This document shows, in pieces, positions 11,901 to 24,996 of a stretch of DNA of 64,000 bases. Source of the DNA: Utricularia gibba (Eukaryota; Plantae; Magnoliophyta); assembly GCA_002189035.1 (NCBI GenBank), contig NEEC01000015.1, positions 1,612,001-1,676,000 on the forward strand. Direction: 5' to 3'. The first letter of the stretch is position 1; each line of letters starts with the position of its first letter. Below the pieces are notes generated by a model, which made no database searches, was not told the origin of the DNA, and saw only the letters and a list, made by a program, of their open reading frames with translations. The position numbers were made by a program, and so were the translations under genes.

Positions 11901-14274
11901 AGGAGTTCCAAATATTACGATCCAATACTCCATACCTGTTACGCAGCATGCCCACAAACCTCTCAGCTTTTTCAAGTTCCCTCACCTTTCCATATGCCTC
12001 AACAAGCCCAGCACAAACGGATGTGTCATAGATAGGACTCCCCTTAATTTCTGCTTGGTCAACCATATGATGAGCTGTTTCAGGGAAATTCATTTTACAA
12101 TAAATAATTGCCATTATTTTATATATTTCGGCAGAAGGTTCTACTCCAATGAACTTCATATCCGAAAACACTTGGCAAGCTTCGGCAAATCGTCCACTTT
12201 CCTGGCAGGTCATGATGAGAGACTTATACACGACAGAGCTGCAATTGCGATTATAAAGTTCAGTGTTTCTGGCATATTCATCTAACGCATCATCTATATT
12301 GTCAGCCTTGCAATGAAGAACAATCAAACCTTCAGAAATAAAATGATGGGGTCCAGACGTATGCTCCTGCATAAAATTAAGCAGTTCTATTGCTTCAGGA
12401 TGACGTTTGGCCAGACTGTATGAAGCCACTATTGAAATCAAGTCCTCCCGATCAAAACTTGAGGACTGCATGACGTTAAGTTTCAGTGCTTCTGCAGCAA
12501 AATCATGGCACCCACTTTTTGCCAGTATTGAAGGAATCCTCTCATTGCTAAAGCCATGGTACACTTTAAGATCCTCAATCACTTTCTGAACCTTTTCTTC
12601 ATAGTGTGCCTCACCTAGTGATTGAAGAAGTCCTTCATACAGAGCAATATCAGGGAAAAGACCATCAGCAATCATTTCCTCATACAAAAGAATAGCCTTT
12701 TCCAATTTTTTTGAGCGTAAATGCACATCCAACATGACAGAATATGCAAGATTGTCAGGTTTAATTCCCGAGCGCCTCATGCTGTTAAATATTTCCTCGG
12801 CCTCTGTTCGCTGTCCAGCTTTTGCATAACCGCAAATTAATGCACTGTAGGTGCGCAAAGTAGGCCTTATACCCATATCTAGCATCTCAGACATTAATTT
12901 TGCAGCATCCATCATCTTACTTGCTTTCCCTAGTGAGTCAATCAATACAGTATATGTCACTGCATCAGGATTTCGACCAGAGGATTTCATTTCGTCGTAT
13001 ACTTGGAAAGCAAATTCATGCTTGCCTTGCTTCACATACATACATATAATAGTATTGTAAGTCATCTCATCCTTCGTGGACCCCCTTCTCACCATTTCTT
13101 GGCATATATCTTTTACCCTTGTTACATTCCCCTCCCTTGCAAATGCATAAAGTAGTGAATTATATGTGACTGCATCTGGATAAAACCCCTTTGATCCCAA
13201 CTCCTTGAAGAGAAGTTCTGCCTCATTGGAAAGGCCGCATCTTCCATAAACAGAAATCATGGCATTATAAGTCCATAAATCTGGTTGGCAATTTTTGTTC
13301 TGCATTTCTGAAAAAATCTTCATGGCTTCCTCTAGGTTCAAATCACGTGAGCATCCACTAATCAGAGTGTTATATGTTATTACATCAGGTCGAATCCCTG
13401 ATCTCCTTACTTCAGAAAGTAATTGAATTCCAAGATTCGGAGTCATTGGACCTGATTTCACACGGGCATTTATCAATGTATTGAAACTCACAAGGTCGGG
13501 GTGACAACCCCTTTCACCCATCAGACGGAGCAGTTCCTGCACCTTGGAGAACTGGCCATTTCTAGCATATACACCCATCATTGCATTATAGACTTGGACA
13601 GCGTTTCCAACAGTTGGCTCTGCACGAGTAAAAATCTCTACAGCCAAAGCTTCTTGATTGGCTTTGCCAAGCACAGCGAGTACAGTAGCAAGCATCCGTG
13701 CATTGGGGGCGTACCAATGTCTCAAATTTAGCCACTCAAAAACCTCTAAGGCCCTTTGCCAACTAGATTCGCCAACCCATTTCACAACAAAGCAAAAATC
13801 AGTCGGCGTCATCTGCACCATCTTTGCATCCAAAACATCAGCCACAAATTCGCCAGCTTTCAGCCCCAAGATCTTGTCAGTCAAGAACCGAACCCTGTTT
13901 CGCCAATCCTTGGCCCTCTTCAGCGCCAATTTGTTCATTTTCTTCACTTTATTTCTGCTAAGCCTTTTATCGAACATCTCCCCTTCTTGTTCGTCTACTT
14001 CTGCATTGGCGGAACCCACTTCACCATCCTCTTCATTTTCATCCTTAACCTCGTCATAGCGCAGCTTATGTTTCGACCTATATTGGGTAGCATCAAAAAC
14101 CATATGCGGCCACCTTACCGACGGAGAGGCTCTAGAATATGTAAACGTCTTAAAAGTTCCTTCCTCCTCAACAGCCGCAGAAGACGAACTGCAACAAAAA
14201 GATTCTCCTTTTCCAGACTTCCACCTCGTCTTCAATGGTGGTGCAGCAAATCCAATCACTCCACTGCATGCCAT
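8929..14274 (-). CDS. EMB1270: Plastid P-type pentatricopeptide repeat protein, At3g18110-like
   Basis: About 1170-aa first exon with tandem PPR motifs and FTYSRASPSVRWP. Later exons give RVAEKDWGADFRKLSAGAAL and DASLQGIPESPKSVVLITG. Confidence 0.95.
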
Positions 14275-14814
14275 ACATAAAAATCACCCACACCAACAAA
14301 TCCAGTGTCTCCGTCCGTGGCCTCCTATTCCCTTCGAGAGTGTCCCCTTTCCACACATAACGTACGTCTTCTACGCAAAATGGCTCTCAAAGCGCCGCCC
14401 ACGGACGGTGTTACTCATGACAACGAAGCCGAATTGCAGAGCATCGGTGAAGCATTTACTGAGGTCCTCAATGGCGGTTCCACACAAAAAGCATCGCAAG
14501 GCCGGCGGAGGCTGAGACAGCACAGAAGTTGGAAATCGCCGACTCTCGAGCGTATGAAGTTAGAGACGATTCGGTGAAATTACGCTGCTTGTGACAACCA
14601 TCGAAGACACTCTTCAAACGTGAATTAATTCTTTTGCCTCCAGAATCATGATTTGTAGTGGGAGTGGATAATGGCTTTTTTTTCATTTAATTATTTAAAT
14701 CCACAAATTTTCTGTTTTCCCTGTTGGTGACGACGATTCAGCAATCATCAGAAAAGACAATTGAAGCTCAACTCTTGAATGAAGCGTGCAGCAGCAAAGC
14801 TGCACTTTCACAGA

Positions 14815-15633
14815 TCAACAGCTCAGAAGGGTGGGTGCAAAAACATGCCAGCTTAAAGAATTGAAGGCCCCAGAAGGATCCTCAGAAAGAGAGTTGAGCT
14901 TCATCTCCTGGGTAAAGCTTGCAGCAGCCAATATGCGCTTCCTTGAACCATCAAAATCCAAGCTTTTATCAACTTTGCATTGCTGCTTGTATTCGCTGAA
15001 GCTGTTTCCGAACACTATACAGCGACTCAACAGATCAACAGTCCAATTTGCTTCCAGCAGATTCTCATACATAAATAACTCACAATGTGGCATGAAAAAG
15101 AGGGTTGGCTCAAGAGCTTTTCTCCGGCATTGATCGTTTACCGAAAGAACAGAACACCCAAGAGCCTTCAAAATCTTCAACTCTGTCAAGGAGATGACGG
15201 GATCGAATATTTCTATATCTCCAATCCAATCAAGTCTCCTCTTCATCACAAGGGCGAGACTGAGCTGCAATCGAGGATTTCTGCTAACCGATTCAACGCT
15301 GCCGATGCCATATATCACCATACGCAGCGTTTTCTCTGACCCTAAGACTTTCATAACTTTATCTGAGAATTCGGGTGTACGTATCTCGTTCAAGAACGCA
15401 ATGCAAGACTCAGACTTTTCAAAATTCTGAACGCAGGATTCTATTCTCTGCATCAATTTGGACTCTCTCGCGGGATCGGATTCCTGATCCAACGGCTCCC
15501 ACGCCTCTTCTTGCGTTGGAGGCACAATACTGCACAGTTTTGCACTATTCCTTCGACGGCGCCGCGATACGACTGTCCAATTTTCAGTTGAATCGGATTT
15601 TTCAGCGACCACGCTTCCCCTACAAGCTCCCAT
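14815..15633 (-). CDS. SRR1: SENSITIVITY TO RED LIGHT REDUCED 1-like, intronless
   Basis: 272-aa ORF with MVIYGIGS, RLQLSLA, IEIFDPVIS, PTLFFMPHC and VFGNSF motifs. Confidence 0.9.
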   Translation of the reverse strand: MGACRGSVVAEKSDSTENWTVVSRRRRRNSAKLCSIVPPTQEEAWEPLDQESDPARESKLMQRIESCVQNFEKSESCIAFLNEIRTPEFSDKVMKVLGSEKTLRMVIYGIGSVESVSRNPRLQLSLALVMKRRLDWIGDIEIFDPVISLTELKILKALGCSVLSVNDQCRRKALEPTLFFMPHCELFMYENLLEANWTVDLLSRCIVFGNSFSEYKQQCKVDKSLDFDGSRKRILAAASFTQEMKLNSLSEDPSGAFNSLSWHVFAPTLLSC

Positions 15634-16307
15634 TGCTGCGAGGGGATATTCACACAGTAACCAGAATCTTCAAATCGAAGATCATACATTTCAGTTCAAG
15701 GACTCTGAATAATCGTAAGAAATCCTTACCGCTCATTGAGATTTAGTTGAAGAGATCAACGAGCAGAATGAAAGCTCTCCGTTCTCGCCCTAACGAACAC
15801 TCCTCCCAGTCTCATCTACCAGCGACGGCCAGAAGCGAAGTTCACCGCGTCGGCTGACCCTCGCTCCTGTTTATTCTATTTTAATTTTTTTAACGGAGGA
15901 GATTAAACACTACAACAGAAAGCGTTTTCCATCAAACCCACCAAAAACCAAACTTTAATCCATAAAATAATTCGTATTTATGTGAAAAATTAAATTATAT
16001 ATTATTTTCAATTTGACAATCAAAATACGCTTGAAAAAATGGGATCAACTTGATCAGTTGTTCTTAGGCGCTCTGTGAACAGAAATGAGAAAACCAGATA
16101 AAATCCTGATGTCAAGGTACCAAAATCAATGCAACAAGTTAGGATGCTAATGGATTTCTTCCTGTGTACAGAAAATGAAAGTATAAAACCAATTGCCCAA
16201 ATCTTACTGACAAACACTAGAGTGACGTTCATTTCCAGGTGCAGACCATTGGCCAATTCTTACTGACAAGTGTCCACAGTGGCACCTCTTTCAAGGCCAT
16301 TGCCAAG

Positions 16308-18455
16308 CTAAGAATCGTCAGCTGTTGGTGTTGGAATCCCTTCGGCGGGTTGAACTGCGTTTCCTGTGGTTGGAATGACCTGGCCACCATCTGTTTCATG
16401 TACCTCAGTCATTATTTCATCTCCATCTCCACCAGAAGTTACTACTCCATTCTCTACTGGAATCGTGTGGGTGGGGAGGGGGTTCCCTTGTTCATAAGAT
16501 CCATTAGAACCTTGTTCCATTATGAGTGTGTTGGGATCGGTAGTGACTGTCAAAGTAGATGTAACCAATAAATTCTGCAAAATTGGAAATCTCATTAATT
16601 CATGTGCACTGTAGTCAGACGGACGAGCAGTATGAGAATGAAGTCACATAAAACTCTGAAGATGGCCACAGTATTCGACAGTGACATTTTGATAATATCA
16701 GAGCATGGAATTGGGTTCGGGAGAAAGAAAACAATGATGTACCTTTTCAAGGGCAAACGCAAGCTTTGATAGTTGCGGGTACAAACTTTTTGCAGACAAC
16801 AAGATCTGTTTAGGTGAACTCAGAGATCAATGTTTTAAAGGTAGCTAAGAGAGAAACGCCATAGATAATTTCAAATGATCACCTCACAAAGCCTTTGCAA
16901 TGTAAATGGTGGACCTTTGTCAAAGAAATTAAGAGCTGCAAGACACCATGAGGAGCTCATAAATAAATAATACTGAATGAAAATCCCCGAGAAACAAAAC
17001 GCCGAGACATATTGTACAAAGAACTGAAAAAAAGAAAAACTCAAAGGTTCACAACCAAAGGATACAAGCCAATTCAACAAAATACCAGGATTAAATTCCA
17101 GGGTTTGTTCTTTCAGCGGCCAAGGGGAAAATTGTAACATACTATCCAAATACAAAACAGGAAAGTGTGAGGCAGTGAAAGTACCATCATCCAACCTTTT
17201 AACCAAGTCCGGAAACGTCTCTCCTAATGAGGAAATCTGCTGATCAGTCGTCATTTTAGCCTCAGGGTATTGTGACAAGACCTTTGAATCAAGAAAAGAA
17301 TCATCCATGATCAACTTGGCATTTACAAGTAAAACAAAAAAATGAAGAAAACAAAAGATCAATAAGTTGGACTGAGGACATGCTGACAACATATGCATAC
17401 CTGCTTAAGATGGTAGGATAACATGCTCTTTAAATTTTCCCATTCACTCCTGCAATAATAGCAGCAGGAATACCTCAGGTAAAGAATACTCGAACGGAAA
17501 TGTGCATTCGTAAAGAGGCATCAGGGAATAAAAAAAATTTCTAGAGGAGCTACAGAGACATCCGATCCATGTATCAAATAAGAGGATTATTAGATGACTA
17601 GCAAGAAGAAAACCATGAGTGACTGAATTTAGATAAGCCCAAGATCCGGACTGTTCATCACATGAAGGCTCAAAGGTTGCTCTTCAACCGACTCTTTAAG
17701 TGGAAGTCCAGTAGCACTAGTTACATGTTCAGAAGAAAAAGAACGATAAAATAACACTAACCAAAGTAGCATTCGTACCAAAACTTCCCGGTGGATGCGC
17801 TTCTCTCTAGAGAGCGTTTTGCTTCTTCATCTGAAAATAGGGGCTGAGGCTTCGTAGATCTGTGCTCCCACACAAATGAAAATTAGCAAATTACCACAGT
17901 TGACATCAACGTGTCACAAAAAGCAGGTAGCTAGCCAAACCAGCCGAGGCCATCAATCTCGGCCAGATATCAACAACCAGCACATGTTCTCTGCAATCTC
18001 AATGGCCAATTTTTATTTTTATTTTTTCAAACCCTACTGAAATACATAACCCCATGCATTCGCTCTATCTTGTACTTACAGGATAGCCTCATTCCCGTAG
18101 GTACGTGTGTTGTTAGTTCAAAAGATCAATAAGAAACCTAGCCGCTAACTTAACCCAACTCTATCCTGAAACCTGACAGAGAGGGCCTAAACATTTCATC
18201 CGCACCCTTCAACAACAAAGTGAAAATTCTAACCCATTGCAGAAAAAATGAAATAAAAGTAATCTGATCATCATTCATCCATAAAAAAGGAACCCCCCAC
18301 AGTCCTGAAAACAGCAACAGTCATCTAATTAAATGAACAGCGAATCACACGATGAAGATCTCTCACCCATCGTCGGGAAGCATTTCTGCCGTAGAATTTT
18401 GCTCGGAACCTACTGAAGCGGCTGAAGACTTGGGTAAAATCTCGTTGTCTGCCAT
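16308..18455 (-). CDS. PP4R2: Protein phosphatase 4 regulatory subunit 2
   Basis: Exons give MADNEILPK..., ASTGKFW, LKSMLSYHLKQVLSQYPEAKM, GPPFTLQRLCE, KLAFALEKNLLVTS and an acidic tail. Exon phases are consistent. Confidence 0.88.
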
Positions 18456-18748
18456 TGGCACTGAAGACGGCCCAGCTAACTTTGTAGTTCAAGAGACAGA
18501 AGGGAAACCATAGCTTTCTTGTGCTCCATTTTCTTGAGACAGAATGTGCGGTGTGTGTGTGTTGGGTCTCCCAATTAAATGGGCCGTCAATTAACTTGGC
18601 CCACGAAGCTTCTTGCATCCAACCCACCCGCCACTCATTGTTACCCTGTTTCCAATTTAAAAATAAAAAAAATATTTTTTGTTGAAATCCAAGAAAAATT
18701 AAAAATATAAAGAAATAAATTTTTAAAAATAGAAAAAAATAATATGAT

Positions 18749-19200
18749 TTAAAGACAAAATCTTATAATGGACTAAAATTATTGTTATTTAAATTTAGAA
18801 TCTAATAATAGAAATTATGTCGACAAGCCAGCAGGTGTGGTAGTTCTCCAACATTCTAACGTGCGCCGCCACCGCTGCCGGTTTCATAACAACCATTCAA
18901 AATATTTTATCACAAACCATATGAATACCATTTTTACCCCCTATTTCCATTTAATACGGAAATAAAAATAATATATTTTAAAGACAAAATCTTATAATCA
19001 ACTAAATTATTTTTATTGAAATTTAAAATCTAATAATAGAAATATGTCGACAAGCCAGCAGGTATGGTAGTTCCCCCACATTCTAACGTGCGCTACCGCT
19101 GTCCGGTTTCATAACAACCATTCAAAATATTTAATTACAACCAAGTAAATACCATTTTTACCCTCCTATTTCCATCTAAAACAAAAATAAAAAAATAAAA
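18749..19200. repeat. Two-copy tandem duplication, period about 229 bp
   Basis: AAAGACAAAATCTTATAAT at 18751 and 18980. Both copies share TGTCGACAAGCCAGCAGGT, CATTCTAACGTGCGC and CCGGTTTCATAACAACCATTCAAAATATTT. Confidence 0.95.
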
Positions 19201-19595
19201 AGCATGCTGTATATTTTGAAATAATTACATATTATATCTCTAGTTTAAAAATAGAAAATTTCCAAATTAATCTTGTTGGTAATTATGGTTTACTTTTTTT
19301 AATGATTAAAAAAGGAAAAAAAATTCACCATGTAAAATTCAAGAGTGGCCTGTGGGTAGGGCGATGGGAAAAGAAAGAGAGTGATTGGGTAGCGGTGTGG
19401 GGCCCGGGAGTTGCAGCTGGCATCTACCACGTGCCCAACCGTCTACTGCCCCACGCCCTTTCAATGCAAGTAAACCCCCAGGACTCTTTCAACGCCCACA
19501 AATGAACACATGAGATGTGTGTGTGTTTATATATACCCACAGGCGACACGGCGGAAGCCACTCAGAGGACACGCGCTCGACACTTGTAGTGCAGG

Positions 19596-21276
19596 ATGAC
19601 GACTATCTGCGTTATGGATGCGTCGGGGGCGCTCGGGAGGGCGCTCGTCCACCGCCTCTTGCTCGGAGGCTATGCTGTGCATGCCGCGGTCAACGACCTC
19701 GGTAAGAGCCTAGTTTCCGTTTCGTGATTTTGTGTTTGGCAATCGAATTAGGGATTGAGGTTTGATAGGGTTTTGGATTTCGATTTACAGATGAGATGAA
19801 GCGATACGAGATGCAATCGAGAGACGATGGCCGTCTCAGAGTCTTCCAATCCGATCCGTTGGATTACCACACCATAACCGATGCGCTCCGCGGCTGCTCC
19901 GCTCTCTTCTACTCCTTCGCTCCTCCGGCCGATTGCTCGACTTACGACGTAGGTTCCTTCCCTCGCTACTCTCTTCAATTTTCTCTCGAGTACACGAACA
20001 TCAATAATACAGCTGTCATGTAATGGTTAGCTGTCTGGCCCTCCCGCTGGGCTTTGGTATCTCCGCTCTGTCTTTAACGCCACCTACTAGCACTCAAAAT
20101 CTCTCTCGATGACGACCATAATAATACAGACCGTGTTTGCAGTGCATAGAATTCGAGTTTTTTGTTGGTGGGCAGTTGAGAGTTAGGATGTTAAGAGGGA
20201 ATGGTGGTCAATTAGGCTTTCTCTTGAACTGCCATGCTTGTCGTATTACGAGCTTTGTACTTTCTAGAAGCAATTAGTAATGGCTAGTGGGACAAGGGAA
20301 GTAGATGGCGATTGTAGTTTTGTGGTGGAAATACTTGTTTCGAGAAAAGCAGAAAAGGTCAAAGATAGTGATGGCTAGCTGTCAAGATGTTTCTAGAAGG
20401 GAAGTGGGTCACCTTCATTAATTGTGGCTGCTTCCTTTGCCGTTAGTGGTTGCTCCGCCGATTCACTGCCGTGCTCCCTATCTTCCACAGGAACTGATGA
20501 GTGAATTGGAGATAAGAGCCGCACACAATGTGCTGGAAGCCTGTGCACAAACAGACACCATTGATAAGGTGATTTTTACCTCGTCGGCCACCGCCGTCGT
20601 CTGGGAAAACAACCGGAACCACCATGGCGGACAAGCAGACAACGTGCTTGATGAAAGGAACTGGAGCGATGTCAACTTCTGCAGAAAATATAAGGTGAGA
20701 TAGATAAAGCATGCAATGTCAAAGCTCGAGCTACTGTGATCCGTTGACTAATTTGGCAATTGTGTTGCAGTTATGGCACGGTGTGTCCAAGACGATGGCT
20801 GAGAAGACGGCTTGGGCGCTGGCGATGGACAGAGGCGTGAACATGGTGTCCATAAATACAGGGCTCCTACTGAGCCAGGATCTGAACATCAAGGACCCCT
20901 ACTTGTTGGGCGCCAAGGAAATGTTCAAAGATGGAGTCTTTGTCACCGTGGACCTCCAGTTCCTGGTCGACGCTCACATGTGCGTCTTCGAAGACCCATC
21001 CTCCTACGGGCGTTACCTCTGCTTCAACCACATCGTCAACACCAGCAGCGACATCCTCAAGCTCGCAACCATGCTTCTGCCGTCCTCCGCGTCTTCGCCG
21101 GACATGTACGTTGCTTCTCGTTTGCTCAAAATTCTGAACTCGCCCTTTTCTTATAATGTGTGTGATTCAGGGTGGAGGGCGATGACGGCACGCACCGGCA
21201 GAGGATAAGCAACGCGAAGCTGTACAAACTGATGATGAATTTTGAGACGAACGGGAGGACGACGGCGGTCATGTGA
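19596..21276 (+). CDS. Cinnamoyl-CoA reductase-like (SNL6-type) atypical SDR
   Basis: TICVMDASGALG, AAHNVLEACAQTDTIDKVIFTSS, DERNWSDVNFCRKYKLWHGVSK and GRYLCFN. Five exons. Confidence 0.88.
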
Positions 21277-22071
21277 ATTAGCTGCTGACCGTAGTTGCAT
21301 GGTAGTGAATAGGAGGAGGAAGGAGGAAAGACAATGAAATCCCCATAGCCACATCCCAACACACGATCACCATGATTACTAGTAATTGCGTTGTATTTTG
21401 GCTTGTAATAATACCAACAAAAACATGTCGGGTTCAATTCAAAGTGAGTGGCCCAATTTGGCTCTGAAAAACCCGTCGCACCGGTCAGGATTCGCTAGAA
21501 TTCATTTTCATTATTGCTTTTACTTTCTTATTTGGATAATTGTTGATATTTTATTAAATTAAGTGAAATTATCCATACTTACAAATCTGTCGGTGGAAAG
21601 CGCTGCTGCGTGGACTCCTCTGTACACAACGCGTTATGGCGGCTAAGGGGCGGCACCACGTCGCTTTGGTGGATGGCATGTATTCTAACCAACCACCTTC
21701 GCATCATCCTCAGCTTCCATTCCACCTGCCGGTTGCTTGGTCGCAGCCGTCGGTGCACTTGCTTCGGAATACTTGGCTGCTCTGTTGTTTCTTCTTCGAT
21801 CAGAGGGGCTCACAGGCACCAACAAAGGAAACCATCGGAGCTATGCATTCCCATGTCCGGAGTGTCCAAGAGACCGTCAGTCTGACAATTAAACTTTTTC
21901 ACATAATGCGTTGCAAACATACCTGGGCCACGCTTTCTGTTACCTAACTGGTGTATTTGCACAGCTATGTCAAGTTACAAACAGACTACATACATGTCCA
22001 GGAGATACACAACAATGGATCCAAGAATCAACATACACAGTTCCTCCAGATTCTGCTGAGGGAGTTGAGTG

Positions 22072-24996
22072 TTAGAAGCTGGAAATCTGATCAGACCCTA
22101 CATCGCTACACATCGTGGAGCTTTCATGCTGCAATGGGTACGTCTCCACTAACCTAGACGCATCACGGACTTGCAACCGTGTTCCTTGCTGAGAAACAAC
22201 GGTGGCAGCAACCTTGGATGCGAACGTGCCCATACCTTTCAAGTTTGAGTTGCCCCGCAGTAAGCCATACAAGATGCCGGATGCGTAGGCATCACCGGCT
22301 CCACAAGTGTCGACTGGGACACAAGATGGGGGAGGGATGTAAACCACTTCTCCTTTGAGACCAATGAAGGAGCCTTTGCGCCCATCTGTTACTGAGACAA
22401 ATGGCACGAAATGGCTCAAGTACCTTGAAGCAACATCAGGGCCTTCTTTTGGAGAACAATGGCACAGTGCCCTGGCTTCATCACTGTTTGCAAAGATGAT
22501 GTCGGAGTAGTTCAAAATAATACGCCTGCAGCCGATAGAGATAAAAGATATCAGCCTCTTGGATGAGTACATGGATCTGTAGTCGTTACAAAGAAAAGAG
22601 CAGTGGCTACATGAGGACTTATTAAATAATGATGCACTAACACAGAAAGCGTCTTCTATGCCAAATTTTCAAATCCTAGTTTATGCTTACTAATCTGGTA
22701 ATACACCAAAATAAAAGTGGCAATATAGGTATGTCTAATCAGATATTAAACTACTCAATCCCCTTGGTTTTCATGCGGATGTCACAAAAAGTATGGTAGA
22801 TTGCAGTGCCATGCTGCATCTTCCAGGGACGAGGATTACCAATACAAAAACAAAAACTAATGCTAGCAATGCCAGGATAAGAATAAGGGAATTGTGGATA
22901 GAAATAGCACTTACCAGAAATCGTCATAATGTCTTTCAATGCAGCTGACATCTGATGCAGTGATGGCAACCAAAGCACCGCACCTGTGGGCCTGCTCACA
23001 TGCCATGGCAATGCTTTCAATGGTGTCAGGAAACTCAAATAGATATCCTTCGACAACCAATATGCTTGTTCTGGATATTGAGTTGGCCAAGGAGGGATCA
23101 TAGCTAATCCTTGAAGATGTGCCCTGATTTCATAAAAGATAAAGAGTGAGCACAAATCATGGAACTTCCATCTAAGTGTTAAAGATCAATGATTAAGCCA
23201 TCAATAACTTGATGAATCTCAGATCAACAAAGAAGAGCAAGTATATATGGTATTTGTTTAAGATCATTGGTTCTGCTCTATCATTTACATCTCCTATGAT
23301 TCCAAGAAGGGAACCTGTCACACCATGAATTTTATTTGACCAGTAACCCTCACATTATAGAACACACACTACTTTCCTCCACACTGAAGTGCTTTGAATT
23401 TTCTTTGGTTCCTGTACTCCGAAAGAAAAAACTAAAATTTTTCGAGTAAGATCTCTCTGTGACCTCCAGAATTAGCAACAAACGTTCAACAACTCAAAAT
23501 CTCAGCATTCTCTTATTCGTGGTAACCATTATTAGCTTGGCCTAAAAGCCTCAAGAACTTATTCATTATGCTTGACAAATGTTCATATGAAGTTTCATAC
23601 TTCTAGGGAGTAGAAAACTTGATGTCCAAAAAGGAAGGAAAAACATGCAAAATTACAGCGCACCATCTGGAACGACTTAGCAAGAAAATTATGTGAAAGG
23701 AATTTGACGAGATACTTCAACAATATGAACTGCGTGCCTTCCAAAGATAATGCAGCATCATAGCACAACTAGGGAAAGTAGTGAAAATACAAGCGCTGCT
23801 CACCTGGTACGCTAGCATAGTTCTTTGGGCATCTGGAGTAGTGAGAACAATCACCATGCCTGTTGTCCCATCTTTAATCGGTTCTGAAAGAAAACTGACA
23901 TTGGCCCGACGAAGTTTTGATCTGCAATAAAGCCCAAACTAGAACTAAAGGATCAATTGAATCAGCAAAAACACATTTTGACACAAACATGCATCCCCGC
24001 CCGTCATGTGCTAGCCATAGAGGGAACAGATGCAAAAAAAAAAATTAACTGACTACTGCAGAGTGCACATTGAAAAAACACGGAAAACAACAGCCTTGAA
24101 GTTTGACCCTTTTGATCTCTTTCAAGAGCTATATTCCTCATGATCGACACACTAACGATATCGATTCTACCACGGAACAAAAATTTGACAACCAACACTC
24201 AACACATTTAAGTTCAAAATTACTTTAATCTAATGAAAGGAATATTTACTTGTAGAATCCACCCAAGGGGTCACTTCCAACACTGCCTGCCATAGAAATA
24301 TTCAAAGGCCCCCAATACCTTGATTACCAAGCCTGGCCAAGGCTACCAATGTGTTAGAAAGAGACCCACCAGCTGCAGCTTTGTAGCTGCATCCATCCAT
24401 GGCCTGTAAAACTCTACCTCTTTCTTCATGGTTCACCACTTTCCTTGTACCCTTTTCCAATCCAAGCCTATTTAGAAATTCATCATCAACAGTTCCCGAG
24501 AAATCCACCTACACCGACGACATTGAGAAAGCATCAACCTTTACAAATTGTGGGGCAGACATTCGAGCATACCAACAACCAAGAGAAGAAATTCAATATA
24601 CCATAGCCTGCCCGAGGCCCAAAACGTGCCATCTATCAGAGAAAGGCATAGAACAATGCTCGCTTTCGTTTTGCGCCTCCTGGAGGTTGTCGTCCTCGTC
24701 GATATCATATAAATTTAAGTCTTCCGTTAAACGACTGTCGTCCGCCAAACCGTCGGAAGAACCGGCGTTACTGGAATTCGACACAGAAGATAACGTAAAA
24801 TTGCGAGAGTAAACAGGAGCATGGGAGCGGTTATAATGGGGGATCGAAAAAGGGACGGTGGGTATTCGTGAACAACAAAACTGGATTTCCTTGTGACCGG
24901 AGAAAGAGGAATAATGTTCGGAAACCGAGGGAACCGGGTAAAGATTCTGTGCGGAGCGGCGGAAGAAGATAAGGTAGAAAGTACGGATAAAGACAT
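22072..24996 (-). CDS. NARA5: Plastid pfkB-family carbohydrate kinase, At4g27600-like (two apparent -1 frameshifts)
   Basis: VLGLGQAMVDFSG, AAAGGSLSNTLVALARLG, VVEGYLFE and pfkB signature DTCGAGDAYASG. N-terminus resembles a transit peptide. Confidence 0.88.

Noticed and set aside
12055-14280. Several plus-strand ORFs inside the PPR gene
   Set aside because: Antisense shadows of a long coding exon.
14305-14577. Plus-strand small ORF (MALKAPPTDG...) between EMB1270 and SRR1
   Set aside because: No recognisable homology; lies in the EMB1270 promoter/5' region.
23700-23775. Intronic NARA5 stretch vaguely like a duplicate of the next exon
   Set aside because: Only scattered 6-8 nt matches; cannot be separated from chance.
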